From assembly GCF_006345805.1 (NCBI RefSeq), contig NC_043009.1:58652001-58716000 (forward strand): DNA of 64,000 bases, in the 5' to 3' direction. Below are positions 39,330 to 52,095 of this stretch, in pieces (within the stretch, counting starts at the first letter, position 1; every line of letters starts with the position of its first letter). This DNA is from Octopus sinensis. Lineage: Eukaryota. The notes beneath the pieces were generated by a model. That model saw only the letters and a program-made list of their open reading frames with translations, searched no databases and was not told where the DNA came from. Position numbers and translations under genes: made by a program.

Positions 39330-40330
39330 AGGTTGCTTCTAACGGTGAAAATTGTGGCTTTGAAACCTCCGCTTCTCAAACAGTGCTGGCAGTGTTCTTT
39401 ACTATTTCCACCTTATTCTGTTTTAGTTTTCTTATTTTTCCCTGTTGCTGGTTTCGCAATTGTTTCGTTATCTTTTACATTCATTTTCACATAGTGTTCT
39501 ACAGCCTCAATTTTCGTTCGGTGTTTGTATTTTCACAATTATATTGTCTTCTCCACTTTCTCTTTGCAATTGTCTTTCACTTCAGCCTGTATTTTGCGTT
39601 TGTTGGCTTCTTTGAACGTAGATAATAGTTTATAATTATATTATTATGCTTTGTAGCTACTTACACTTCCACAGTCATTTACTATATATTTTTTTGTAGA
39701 TCTACAGGGAATAATTTCTATTTACAGAATGGTGTGGCGTACTCTAAATGTAGTCTTTATTTTTCGTGGTTTTCTCTCTAGTTTTGTTAATTCATTTACT
39801 GTCCATTTGAGAGTATTATAACTATAATTTATTACTATGATAGCTAGGTTACAAATGTCTCCATTTTTGCTCTTATTTTGTGTTTTGGTACGTTTTAAGC
39901 TCTAATCTATTGAGATTATTACATATAACTTTCTAACCTTTTATTTAATTTGTGTATGCAGTACACTCCCTAGTTCATTGCTTTCTAAGTATTTACCTGC
40001 TGTGCTTTATTGTAATTCTATTATCACACCTTCTTTATCTAACGACATTAATATTCTTAATTAATGTTCCCGTATTCAAGATTTTCTTTGCACTTTTTTG
40101 TCACTCGAATCTCATATCTATTTCTGCAATCAATCCATTAGTTATATACAACAGTGTTGCGAATGATTTATCATATGCAGCCTACAACTTGAGGTCGTTC
40201 GTATAAAAATTCTGTTGTTTTGTCCTCCCATAATGATATTTCTATCTGTATCATCCAGTCTTGTTTAGCATATTACTCAAATGTATTTGCGACACACAGA
40301 AAAAGCATTAGGAGAAGACACCATTTCCCT
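39330..40330 (-). pseudogene. Heavily decayed R4/Dong-type non-LTR retrotransposon, RT and thumb region
   Basis: Minus-strand remnants FFCVSQIHLSNMLNKTG, LYTNDLKL (LYMDDLKL motif), EIDMRF..KSAK, KYL..HTQIK, INYSYNTLKWTVNELTKLERK, LRSGGFKA. Confidence 0.75.
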
Positions 40331-41039
40331 CTTTTTTATTGTGTCTAAATGAAAACAAAGTGTTGTAACTACAGTTGGCGAGGGTCCCCTTCTGGAGCAC
40401 AATCAAGTCAGGAATATAAGCAGTGTTCATTGCTTATTAGGTGATCAGGTTTCATATCTATAGATATGGTCGTGTTGTCATCCATGATACGTGCACAGCA
40501 TCGAATCGTGCTTAACACACAGCGAAGATGGTCTTAAATATCGGATTTGTGCATTTGTATCGACTCGCTGTTATTTAATGTAAGACGGATCCAATTATTA
40601 GACAAATAATTTCTGAATACCGACCCACAACATGCTTATTAAATGTTTGGAGGCAGATTTTGTCACTCAAGAAGTCCTCTTCAGTATCTAAGAGAAACTT
40701 CAGGAAGTATTATAGACTTTTGTCTTTAATTCAAATATGAGTGACGTCAAGGCGTAGCTCATTTGCTATAAATCTGTATCTGTTTCAGATTATTACCATG
40801 TGTGTCGGATTAATGCGGTGTCTTGTACTGCGTCATAATTTACTGTATGTGGTTGCCCTCCATTTTAGAAGACATTCTGGGGTTACCGTGTGTTGTTATT
40901 TTGGCGATTTATTGTTATTCACAAATGTGCAGACGGACGAAATATCGCTAATCATTTTGCACGGCGCGGTAATGATTCTGACAGCATACCGCTCTCGTAA
41001 CAAGGCTATCATTCAGTTCTATATTTATAGAGACCCCCC

Positions 41040-41313
<274 letters not shown>

Positions 41314-41802
41314 GCCCTGATGCAGTACCAGGCAGTGGCTCTCGTGGCTTCGGATCTTAACTGATTGGAAGTGCTATCATGTACATTGTTTTGTTTTGGT
41401 ATAAAAGATAGGCTACAGCAAATATTCTGCTCAATACCACAGATTTGCTTGTCACTTGTTTGGCCTTAACCAGTTGAGCATGTCCCTTAGTGGCTGACGA
41501 TATGTGCATCTCTGACCAAGAGCAGAAGTAGTGGGGGAGCATCATAGCCATGTGTTGAGAGGGATTCTGTGGGGTGTGAATAATTCACCTCTGGAAACAT
41601 GGGTGTTTCGTTTAACATCCTTAAACAACCCATATTCAGGGACCTTTTGAGTGGCATGGCTACTCGACCAGAATAAAATTCTAACTGGTTGTGATGCATG
41701 TGCTTAGTGTACCCTTATCAGACGGGTAGTCATGATGGGTATGCTGGGCTTCGTATATTTTATCCCAGTGTCAATTTCATGGCATGCACTCCTCTCTCAC
41801 TC
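41314..41802 (+). mobile_element. 489-bp non-coding element inserted in (AAT)n
   Basis: Sharp boundaries against (AAT)n and (TAC)n/(AAT)n; no credible ORF, TIR or B box. Confidence 0.6.
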
Positions 41803-41804
41803 AA

Positions 41805-41836
<32 letters not shown>

Positions 41837-41848
41837 TACTACTACTAC

Positions 41849-41889
<41 letters not shown>

Positions 41890-41925
41890 TAATAATAATA
41901 ATAATAATAATAATATAATAATAAT

Positions 41926-42446
41926 AGATTCGTATGGACTTAACAGAACAAAAATTGGTACGACCAGAAACCTGAAGGCATCGTTGGAAATAGAAATGCC
42001 AAGACCCTAAGGGATTTTATAATTCAGTGCGACCATGACATAGAGAATAGGAAGCCGGACATAGACTTAACTGAGAAAGAGATCAAACTATGCTGGATCA
42101 TTGATATCGCATACCCAGCTTACAACAAGGTTTGCGATAAGGAACAAAGAAATTTCGAGAGACATGAAAGGTTAGCTTGGGAAGTTAAGCAGTTGTGGTG
42201 GATGAAAAGGGTAGCAGTACTACCAATAATTGTCAGAGCCCTGGGATCAGTGAGTAAAAATCTCTAGAAGTACGTGGAACAAATAAGGGCTCTAATAAGG
42301 GTGGAGCACTTGCAGGAATCAGAATTGCTTGGAACCGCTCGAATACTCCGGAAGGTGCTCGAAGAATAAGAAGTGTTACCTTAGATCCCTGGTAGTAAAC
42401 AGATGACACTGTAGAACATCTCCAACGTTAGAAGCTCTGCAAAGGC
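41926..42446 (+). mobile_element. 5'-truncated R4/Dong-type retrotransposon, family 2 (RLE domain and 3' UTR)
   Basis: 41956-42369 reads WYDQKPEG...NRKPDI...IIDIAYP...LAWEVKQLW...PIIVRALG...LLGTARILRKVL with one in-frame stop; (AAT)n on both sides. Confidence 0.85.
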
Positions 42447-42500
<54 letters not shown>

Positions 42501-42508
42501 TATTATTA

Positions 42509-42561
<53 letters not shown>

Positions 42562-42616
42562 TATTATTATTATTATTATAATTATAATAATAATTATAAT
42601 AATAATAATAATAATT

Positions 42617-43285
42617 AGCGCCTACAGAGTACCTCAACAGGCATTATAGAGCTGCACAATATATTCACTGGGTAATTTGCAAAAACCTGGATTTGCCCCA
42701 TGAAAAAAAACTGATGGGAACACAATCCACCTCCAGTGCTTGAAAATGACCACATCTCACTCCTCTGGAACTTCACCATTCAAACTGACAAAAAGATAGA
42801 TGCAAACAGGCCAGACATCATATTGAAAGACTTCAGACAAAGAACATGCTTCCTCATTGATATAAACGTATCTGTTAAGACCTACCAAAAACTGAGCAAA
42901 TATAAAGATCTTGAAATAGAAATCAGCAAAATGTGGAACTTGAAGACTAAAACAATACCTGTTGTCATAGGTGCCCTGGGAATGATAGCGAAAGGGGCTG
43001 ATTGCTACCTAACTCAGATACCAGGAAACCGCAAAATAGCAGAAATTCAAAAGATAGTGCTCATATCCTACGCAAAATACTCTCTATATAATCTCAAGGT
43101 TTAAAACAAACTTTTTTTTTAAATGTATTTATTAGACATTCACTAGTACAACACCAAAAAACCCCCAAATATATGGCACACTAGGCATAACAACAACGTG
43201 AACTTCCAACCTGTTGTCTCTTGAGGTCTCTGGGTGAGACTTGGAGCCAACTTGTACAAACATAAAGCAAAAGTCAAACATAGGA
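42617..43285 (+). mobile_element. 5'-truncated R4/Dong-type retrotransposon, family 1 (RLE domain and 3' UTR), disrupted
   Basis: ORF 42736-43104 with NRPDIILKD...KLSKYKDL; near-identical to the inverted copy at 43960-45036; (AAT)n on both sides. Confidence 0.9.
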
Positions 43286-43338
43286 TAATAATAACAATAA
43301 TGATGATGATGGTGATGATGATGATAGTGATAATGATG

Positions 43339-43405
<67 letters not shown>

Positions 43406-43407
43406 TG

Positions 43408-43442
<35 letters not shown>

Positions 43443-43514
43443 CATAATAATAATAAGAATAACAACAATAATCTAATTTAATTTTGATGAAGGTGAATAT
43501 TCAAATTCCTTCCA

Positions 43515-43670
43515 CTCAAGTATTCGACAGGTACTTTTTTTATTCGACCCCAAAAGAATGAAAGGCAAAGTCGACGTCGGCGGAATTTGGACTGAGGATC
43601 TAGAACGGCTCGAAATGCCGCCATGGCATTTTGCCCGGCGTATAATCGATTCCGTCAGCTTGTCGCCTTC
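43515..43670 (-). mobile_element. SINE A, diverged
   Basis: gaaaggcaaagtcgacgtcggcggaattt is the reverse complement of the A core. Confidence 0.75.
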
Positions 43671-43789
43671 GGCAATCATAACGATGAAGAAAATGAACGC
43701 TTCATTTCGTTGTCAAATTACATTCATACAAGTTACTGCGACTGGTTACATGTGTGAATGACGCACTTGTGGCAAATAATCAAATAAGG

Positions 43790-43792
43790 CTT

Positions 43793-43826
<34 letters not shown>

Positions 43827-43839
43827 GCTGCTGCTGCTG

Positions 43840-43900
<61 letters not shown>

Positions 43901-43931
43901 GCTACTACTGCTGCTGCTGCTGCCTCTGGAC

Positions 43932-43962
<31 letters not shown>
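43790..43962. repeat. Compound (TAC)n/(TGC)n/(ATT)n microsatellite
   Basis: Directly visible. Confidence 0.95.
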
Positions 43963-45036
43963 TATGTTTGACTTTTGCTTTATATTTGTACAAGTTGGCT
44001 CCAAGTCTCACCCAGAGACCTCAAGAGACAACAGGGTTGGAAGTTCATGTTGTTGTTATGCCTAGTGTGCCATATATTTGGGGGTGGGGATGTTGTACTA
44101 ATGAATGTCTAAAAAAATAAAAAAAATAAAAAATTTTTTTTTTGTTTTTTTTTTAAACTGAAAATTATGGTTGTTTTAAACCTTGAGGTTACATAGAGAG
44201 TATTTTGCGTAGGATATGAGCAGTTCCCATGAGCACTATCTTTTGAACTTCTGCCATTTTTGGGTTTCCTGGTATCTGAGTTAGGTAGCTATCAGCCCCT
44301 TTTGCTATCATTCCCAGGGCACCTATGACAACAGGTATTGTTTTAGTCTTCAGCTTCCACATTTTGCTGATTTCTATTTCAAGATCTTTATATTTGCTCA
44401 GTTTTTGGTAGGTCCTGACAGATACGTTTATATCGATTGGGACAGTCATATCAATGAGGAGGCATGTTCTTTGTTTGAAGTCTTTCAATATGATGTCTGG
44501 CCTATTTGCATCTATCTTCCTGTCAGTTTGAATGGTGAAGTTCCAGAGGAGTGAGATGTGGTCATTTTCAAGCACTGGGGGTGGTTTGTGTTCCCACCAG
44601 TTTTTTTCATGGGGCAAATCCAGGTTTTTACAGATTACCCAGTGAATATATTGTGCAGCTCTATCGTGCCTGTTGAGATACTCTGTAGGCGCTAGAAGAC
44701 TGCACTTGGAGACCACATGGTCAATGGTTTCATTTTGTTGCTTGCATACACGACACGTTGGACTGCTTCTGATCTTTAATATGTTGGTCTGGTAGTTTCT
44801 TGTTGGTAGGCATTGATCTTGAGCTGCTATGATAAACCCCTCTGTTTCAGATTTTAAGCCAGAGGCCATTAGCCATTGATGGGTCAGGGCTTTGTCGATA
44901 TCTGCATTATTCGCTCTCTTTGGGTATTTGCCGTAGAGAGGTTTTTCTTGCCATTTATTATTCAGAATATCTAAGGCCGCAGGTTTGGCACGGGTTTTCA
45001 TGCGCCTAGCTTTTTCTGTGCTTGTTTCTTGTATGT
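43960..45036 (-). mobile_element. 5'-truncated R4/Dong-type retrotransposon, family 1: open CCHC knuckle and restriction-like endonuclease, plus 3' UTR
   Basis: Frame 44189-45036 has LKSETEGFIIAAQDQ, CRVC-x7-DH-x4-C, RHD, RPDII..D..VP, KLSKYKDL; flanked by (AAT)n on its own strand. Confidence 0.92.
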
Positions 45037-45037
45037 C

Positions 45038-45076
<39 letters not shown>

Positions 45077-45145
45077 TATTATTGCTATTATTATTATTAT
45101 TGTTAATATGATTTGTTTGAGATGATGAGATGTCGATAGCGATGT

Positions 45146-45479
45146 GATGGCGCATGGCTCAGTGGTTAGAGCGTCGAGCTTACGATCGTGAGGTTGTGAG
45201 CTCGAATCCCGGACCGGGCTGCGTGTTGTGTTCTTAAGCAAGGCACTTTATTTCACGTTGCTCCAGTTCACTCAGCTGTAGAAATGAGTTGCGGCGTCAC
45301 TAGTGCCAAGCTGTATCGACCTTTGCCTTTCCCTTGGTTAACACTGGTGGCGTGGAGAGGGGAGGCTGGTATGCATGGGCCACTGCTGGTCTTCCATAAA
45401 CAACCTTGCCCGGACTTGTGTCTAGGAGGGTAACTTTCTAGGTGCAATCCCATGGTCATTCATGACCGAAGGGGGTCTT
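45146..45479 (+). mobile_element. SINE C, full length
   Basis: tggctcagtggttagagcg A box, ctcgaatccc B box; matches 35516-35856. Confidence 0.92.
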
Positions 45480-45482
45480 TAC

Positions 45483-45855
<373 letters not shown>

Positions 45856-46368
45856 AATCACATTTATACCTGTGTAAAATGTCGTTAACAGTTGTCATCT
45901 CTGGTCATAAGCTCCACATTCGCTTAAGTGTATTCCGAATTACATAAGATATGTTGCTCTCCTTGTCAATCTTCCTCTCACCACTCCTCATCAATTACGT
46001 CAGCCTTTTCTTCTCACACAGTCTCCTTCCTCTCCTCTTTTGCTTTTCATTTGCCTCAGCCTACAGTCCTTATCTTTCGACTCTTTGCCTTACCAACATT
46101 TCTCAACAGTTTCTGTCACTCACACATGGCATATTCTCTGAATCGGAAACGTTTGCTTTCGCTACATTCTTGAATGTTATATCTACGTATGAATATATGT
46201 ACGTGCACGCATGACTGTATCTATGTACTTATATATATAAGCATATATGTATGTGTGTATGTAGCTATGTATGTTTGTATGTACGTATATATATGCATGC
46301 ATGTAAGAATGTATGAGTGTCTCTACCTACTTAATATATATATATATATATCATTGTGTGTGCATATT

Positions 46369-46405
<37 letters not shown>

Positions 46406-46418
46406 TTTAGTAAAATTT

Positions 46419-46585
46419 AGATTCAGATGCGTATGGTACTTAAGTTAAAGGCAACAGAATTTAGTATGGTATTATCCATATAATTCAAAATTTGGTGATT
46501 ATAATCAAAATAATCAACAAGGATATCCAGAGGTAATGAAACGCTCGTACTGCATTACCTCTGGATATCCTTGTTGCTTAGTTTG

Positions 46586-46588
<3 letters not shown>
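46419..46588. mobile_element. Unclassified hairpin element, copy 2 (hairpin partly deleted)
   Basis: Colinear with 34575-34781. Confidence 0.75.
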
Positions 46589-46628
<40 letters not shown>

Positions 46629-46804
46629 TGCGTGTATGCATCTATGTCTATAATATCATACAATTATTTATATGCATACATACACATATATTTACGTTTA
46701 TATATACGTGCATCTACGTGTGTTTATCTGAGCGTATGTTACGTCTATGTCTGCTTCTCTGTGCTCTGTAGTTATTTGGGTGTTTACATGTATATACAGT
46801 GTTA

Positions 46805-46892
<88 letters not shown>

Positions 46893-47224
46893 ATATATAT
46901 AAATTGATTCATACTTCACTTCACCCGAATTTCGATAATTTAAAATGTAACGGGAGACAAACTTCTAGACTTTTATACATTTACTAATTAACATAACACA
47001 AGTGGTCTCAAAGTGAAGAACTCGCAAGATGTTTAAGTAAGAAGAATTTGTCGGTCTGTTGCCAGAAGATTTGAGGAGCGATTAATTTTGATATTATACC
47101 TTCGTTGTTTAGTTACAACAGTGAACTTAAACCATTTATGTTATTAGACGATGTAACATCATGTATGTGTGTATGTGAGTGTCAGTGAAATAATAATATT
47201 AACAACAACAACAACAACAACAAC

Positions 47225-47285
<61 letters not shown>

Positions 47286-47339
47286 TAATAATAATAATGA
47301 TAATAATAATAACAATAATAATAATCATCATAAGCGCAG

Positions 47340-47560
47340 AGGGGATGCGTAGTCCTTGAGCAAAACATTTCATCTCAATTTTCTCCGCTCCGCATACCTC
47401 TAAATTGATACCTCTGCGACAGAATAACCTTCCGATCAGGGGACAACGTTAGCCTAGTCATATCAACAAGAAGGGTGGGGGGGAATCATTCGAAATCTAT
47501 CAATGCAAAGCGCATTGTGGCCAGCGATGTATAACAACATCTGATAATCTGGTCGATACC
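47340..47560 (+). mobile_element. Old SINE remnant: C-type central domain plus B3-type tail
   Basis: gtccttgagcaaaacatttcatctc core; caatgcaaagcgcattgtggccagcgatg tail like 13200-13250. Confidence 0.6.
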
Positions 47561-48200
47561 GCAGTACCCTTATATATGCATTTACATCATGGCAACTTGG
47601 CGGTTCCATGAGAATCCCAGAACGTGACCCCTTTGTTCCCTAGTCAATACAAATGTTTTGAATAAAACAGGGTAGATGGAAAGTGTATGCAAATGTCATG
47701 GATATTAAATTATAAATAATAACGATCATTCACAGATGAAAGGCTTCAGTACAGTCTTATAAATCAATTTTATATTTTATTATATTGTTATCATGATCTT
47801 AGCATTCAAATTCTTCAAAGTTTCTTCAAACAGTGAGAATAATGCAGAATTTGTTGGTGTTTATATAAGAGAAATTATATTAAAGATATTTAGATTTGAT
47901 AGGATTTTTAAAAATAACTCTATGCAAAAAAGGAATAAAGGCGTCAAAAAAATTAGCTGAATTATTGTAGAAAAATAGGATTGTATCGAATATTATGTAT
48001 ACGATTACATCTAATTACTGAAACCTAATAATCAATGAAATTAGATACTTAAAGGTCATTTAAAGGTGAAAAGTGAATTATCTAGCTATGGTGTGAAATG
48101 CGTGCGGAAATAATGTCGGTATGTTTGTATGTGGAAATTACTCTGTAGAATTCATATCACGGCGTATTCACAATGTATGAAGGGTTGTGTGGATATGATC

Positions 48201-48310
48201 TTTTATCCTTTTACACGTTTACTTGTTTCAATCAGTTGACTGCGGCCATGCTGGAACACAACCGGTAGTTGAACAACTCGATCCCAGGACTTTTTCTTTG
48301 TAAGCCTAGA
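48201..48310 (-). mobile_element. SINE D tail
   Basis: acttgtttcaatcagttgactgcggccatgctgg ... cccaggact. Confidence 0.75.
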
Positions 48311-48347
48311 ACAGTGGGATATTAATATACGTGTAGGGGCAGAGATG

Positions 48348-48608
48348 TGGAGGCGCGTGGCTTAGGGGTATAGGGTGTCAGCATCATGATCGTAAGATTG
48401 TGGTTTCGATTCCTGGACCGAGCGACGCGTTGTGTTCTTGAGCAAAACACTTCATTTCACGTTGCTCCAGTCCACTCAGCTGGCAAAAATGAGTAACGCT
48501 GCGATGGACTGGCGTCCCGTCCAGTTGGGGAACACATACGCCATAGAAACCGGGAAACCGGGCCCATGAACCTGGCTAGGCTTTAAAAGGGCGCAGTTAT
48601 TTATTTAT
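48348..48608 (+). mobile_element. SINE with B-like 5' end, C-type central domain and B1 tail; 14-bp TSD with one mismatch
   Basis: TSD taggggc(a/g)gagatg at 48334-48347 and 48609-48622. Confidence 0.85.
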
Positions 48609-48864
48609 TAGGGGCGGAGATGGAATCTGTATACAAGGCAAGGTATCGAGGCCGCCATTACACTATTTTATGTAGGACAACAGATAAAATCAGAAGCACT
48701 TGTGATTTTAGACTGACGCCGCCCGCCAGTTTGAAAGCGTGATCAGCCTGTATTTGGTATTAAAACGGAAATGAAATCTGTGACCCTTAAGCGTGAGACA
48801 AACATATATGTGGACTTCACAGCGAAAAAAAATAATAAAAGAAACCTGAAGCAAATATATATAT

Positions 48865-49020
48865 ATATATATAACGGGAAGCTTTATGAAAATAGACAAA
48901 AGACGAAGGCAGGTTTACGGAAATAAACAAAAGACGAAGGCAGGTGGAATACAAACAAACAATTGTATTAGTATGGCGCTCAGGAAATATAAATAAAATA
49001 TATATATAAACATTTCGTCA
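48865..49020. repeat. (TA)n-anchored unclassified repeat with an internal ~33-bp duplication; related to 26940-27025
   Basis: acaaaagacgaaggcaggt occurs twice; tgtattag..ctcaggaaa is shared with 26960-26990. Confidence 0.55.
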
Positions 49021-49503
49021 ACTAAATTTTTTTATGCAGAGTCGTTATGATTTCGGTGCTGGAAAATATCGATATCGCTCATCCGGAAAGCATCGGGCTA
49101 AAAGACAAAAAGAAAACGAAGTCAAGTTTTATGACTGAAAACATAGAAGACATTTAAGAGAGGAAGAACAAACACGGATGAAGAAACGAAAGATTATTAA
49201 CCATAATTTTCCAGTTTAAGCAGATACGTGAAAAGGCTAGCATAGAAAATTCGGGAAGGAAAAGATGATAGGAAGGAATAGTGGAAATTTCCTTGATCAG
49301 GAGAGGAGACTGAGAGAGCAAATATATACACACACACACAGCGTGTCCCCTCTCCCAATTGGTGAATGCATGAATATGGGCACGATTATGTGCAGTTAAA
49401 AGCTTGCTTAGGAGTCACGTGGTTTCCGGTTCAGTACCTGTGCTCAACAAATTGAGCAAGTGTCGTCTTTTTGCAAACAAACCGACCAGTACCTTGTGAA
49501 TGA

Positions 49504-49549
<46 letters not shown>

Positions 49550-49592
49550 CTTGCTTACCAATCACACGGTTAAAAGTAAAAGAGTAAAAGAG

Positions 49593-49623
<31 letters not shown>

Positions 49624-50239
49624 ATATATATATATATGATAGGAATATGATACTAAAAGAAAATAGAAACTACACGTGGAAATGTAAGAGGAAACTTAGA
49701 AGAAAAATAAGCGACAATGCACATTGGAAATCAAAAAATATAAATGGATTTTATGAAACGTAACGATAGTTATATAAAATTAGATGAACTAAGGTTGGAT
49801 TGAAAGTATTAAAAGTCATTATTGTGAATTGTTAGAGATTTAAAAGCATACCGGTTTCGTAAATAACTAATCATTGCTTTGAATGCACACCGTTGGTAGT
49901 GTATTGCAAAGTCACATGTACGAATTAACATAATGAATAATGAGACAGGATGACTATTTCATTTGCGGGTACAGGCTTCCAAACATTTTCCGTTTGCATA
50001 ATTTCACTCGTAAACATTGGGTCGATCTACGCAGAGGGATAAAATCTGGGAATAGAGGATTTTGAATCGAAATTAAGCACTTACTCCTCTCCGCTTCAAA
50101 TATATCTTCAACGTACATTTATAGATCAAGTTTACATGAGAGATTTTTACACACACACACACCCACACCTACACGCACTCTCGCGCACACACCCACACAC
50201 CCACACACACACACACACATACACGCAAATATATATGGA

Positions 50240-50705
50240 TACTCTTTATTCTCTCTTTTACTTGTTTCAGTCATTTGACTGCGGCCATGCTGGAGCACTA
50301 CCTTTAGTCGAGCAAATCGACCCCAGGACAATTCTTTGGAAGCCTAGTACTGATTCTATCGGTCTCTATTGGCGAATCGCTAGGTTACAAGGAAGTAAAC
50401 ACACCAGCATCGGTTGTCAAGTGTTGTTGGGGGACAAACACGGACACACAAACATACAAACACACACACACACACATACACACACATACACACATACATA
50501 TATATATATATATATTATATATACATATATACACATATACAGGACGGGCGTATTTCAGTTTCCGTCTCCCAAATCCACTCACAAGCGTTTGGTCGGCCCG
50601 GGGCTATAGTAGATGCGACTTGCCCAAGGTGCTACGCAGTGGGACTGAACCCGGAACCATGTGGTTTGTAACCAAGCTACTTACCACACAGCCACTCCTG
50701 CGCCT
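50240..50705 (-). mobile_element. SINE D, full length
   Basis: Reverse-strand match over the whole length. Confidence 0.92.
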
Positions 50706-50747
50706 ATTTAGAAACATATGTATACAATTATATATATATGTACGTGT

Positions 50748-50872
<125 letters not shown>

Positions 50873-51215
50873 GGTATGGGTGTGTGTATCCTTTACATAT
50901 ATACCCTATTCCACTTAGAAGCTTATAAATATAAATACAGAAAAAAGTCTATGATTAAACATATATACTCGCGTTCTTACACACGTGTATTTGAACCCTT
51001 GTCCTTTTTGTTCCTGTGTATATATTCGTGTGTGTATGTGTGTGTGCATGCGTGCGTGTACACGGAGTATTATAACTCAACGCTAAGATATGTTTCGAAA
51101 TAAATAAATAAATAAAATATTTTATAACTGTCATCACCTGAAACAATCGATCGCATATATTTAAATATGATTGAATGATTATAGGAAAGAAACTCCCATA
51201 TCGATACGCACACAC

Positions 51216-51304
<89 letters not shown>

Positions 51305-51308
51305 ATAC

Positions 51309-51341
<33 letters not shown>

Positions 51342-51705
51342 CTTAGATTAGCACGTCTCTTCTTACACGCATTCTTATGTAGTATAATAATATATCTGCG
51401 TGTGTATTTGCACTGTTGGATAAAATATATATTTCCATTGGGGAACAAAAATAACTAGCGTAATATATATATATATATATATATATAAATATATATATAT
51501 ATTTAAAAAAGGCTCACGAATAACATGGCGGATGTGTGATTATATCTCCTATAATCTAGCAGAGGCATTTCATTAGATACCATTAAATAGTATGACATTT
51601 ACACCAAATTAAATAATGAAATATATCAATGTAGTTATTTGCCATGTACAAGATATGAGAAGCGATAAAAAAAATGTGGGTAGTTGTAAATTGAATCGCC
51701 TATAT

Positions 51706-51739
51706 AAAACGAAAAACGAAAAACGAAAAACGAAAAACG
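51706..51739. repeat. (GAAAAAC)n heptamer repeat, about 4.5 units
   Basis: Directly visible. Confidence 0.9.
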
Positions 51740-52095
51740 TTTCTAGAGATTGTATTAGAAGATGCGATTGAACGTATATCTGTTCTTGTTTGGATAATAT
51801 ACTACTGGCTGGTAAAACTTTCACACTCTCATTTTTTTAGTCATACACCGGTTACTGGTACTTTTCTCTGAGTGGAAGTTGATGGTACGGTGTGTGATAT
51901 AGAATGGTGCTTGCATCTTTCTTTTGATTAGGAAGGAAAGTATACGGAATATCTGAAGAAACTAATTTACGGCGTCGGTAATTATCACATATTCAGATTC
52001 GTTTAAACTGATGCGTTAAGAATTTGAAATGGCGGTTGGTCATCTTAATTAGTAGCAATAGAAGAGGTAGTACCAGCGGAAACATCAGTATCAGT

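Noticed and set aside
41314-41375. Hammerhead or HDV-like ribozyme at the 5' end of the 489-bp element
   Set aside because: CTGATGC is not the CUGAUGA core and no GAAA partner follows; an HDV-like fold leaves no room for P1 and P4
45146-45225. SINE heads (A-D) as functional tRNA genes
   Set aside because: A and B boxes are present, but acceptor and anticodon stems do not pair cleanly and each head continues into a shared repeat body
44189-45241. 350-aa ORF as a host gene
   Set aside because: The N-terminal ~70 aa is read-through of an antisense SINE C head and (AAT)n; the rest is a 5'-truncated retrotransposon CCHC/RLE domain
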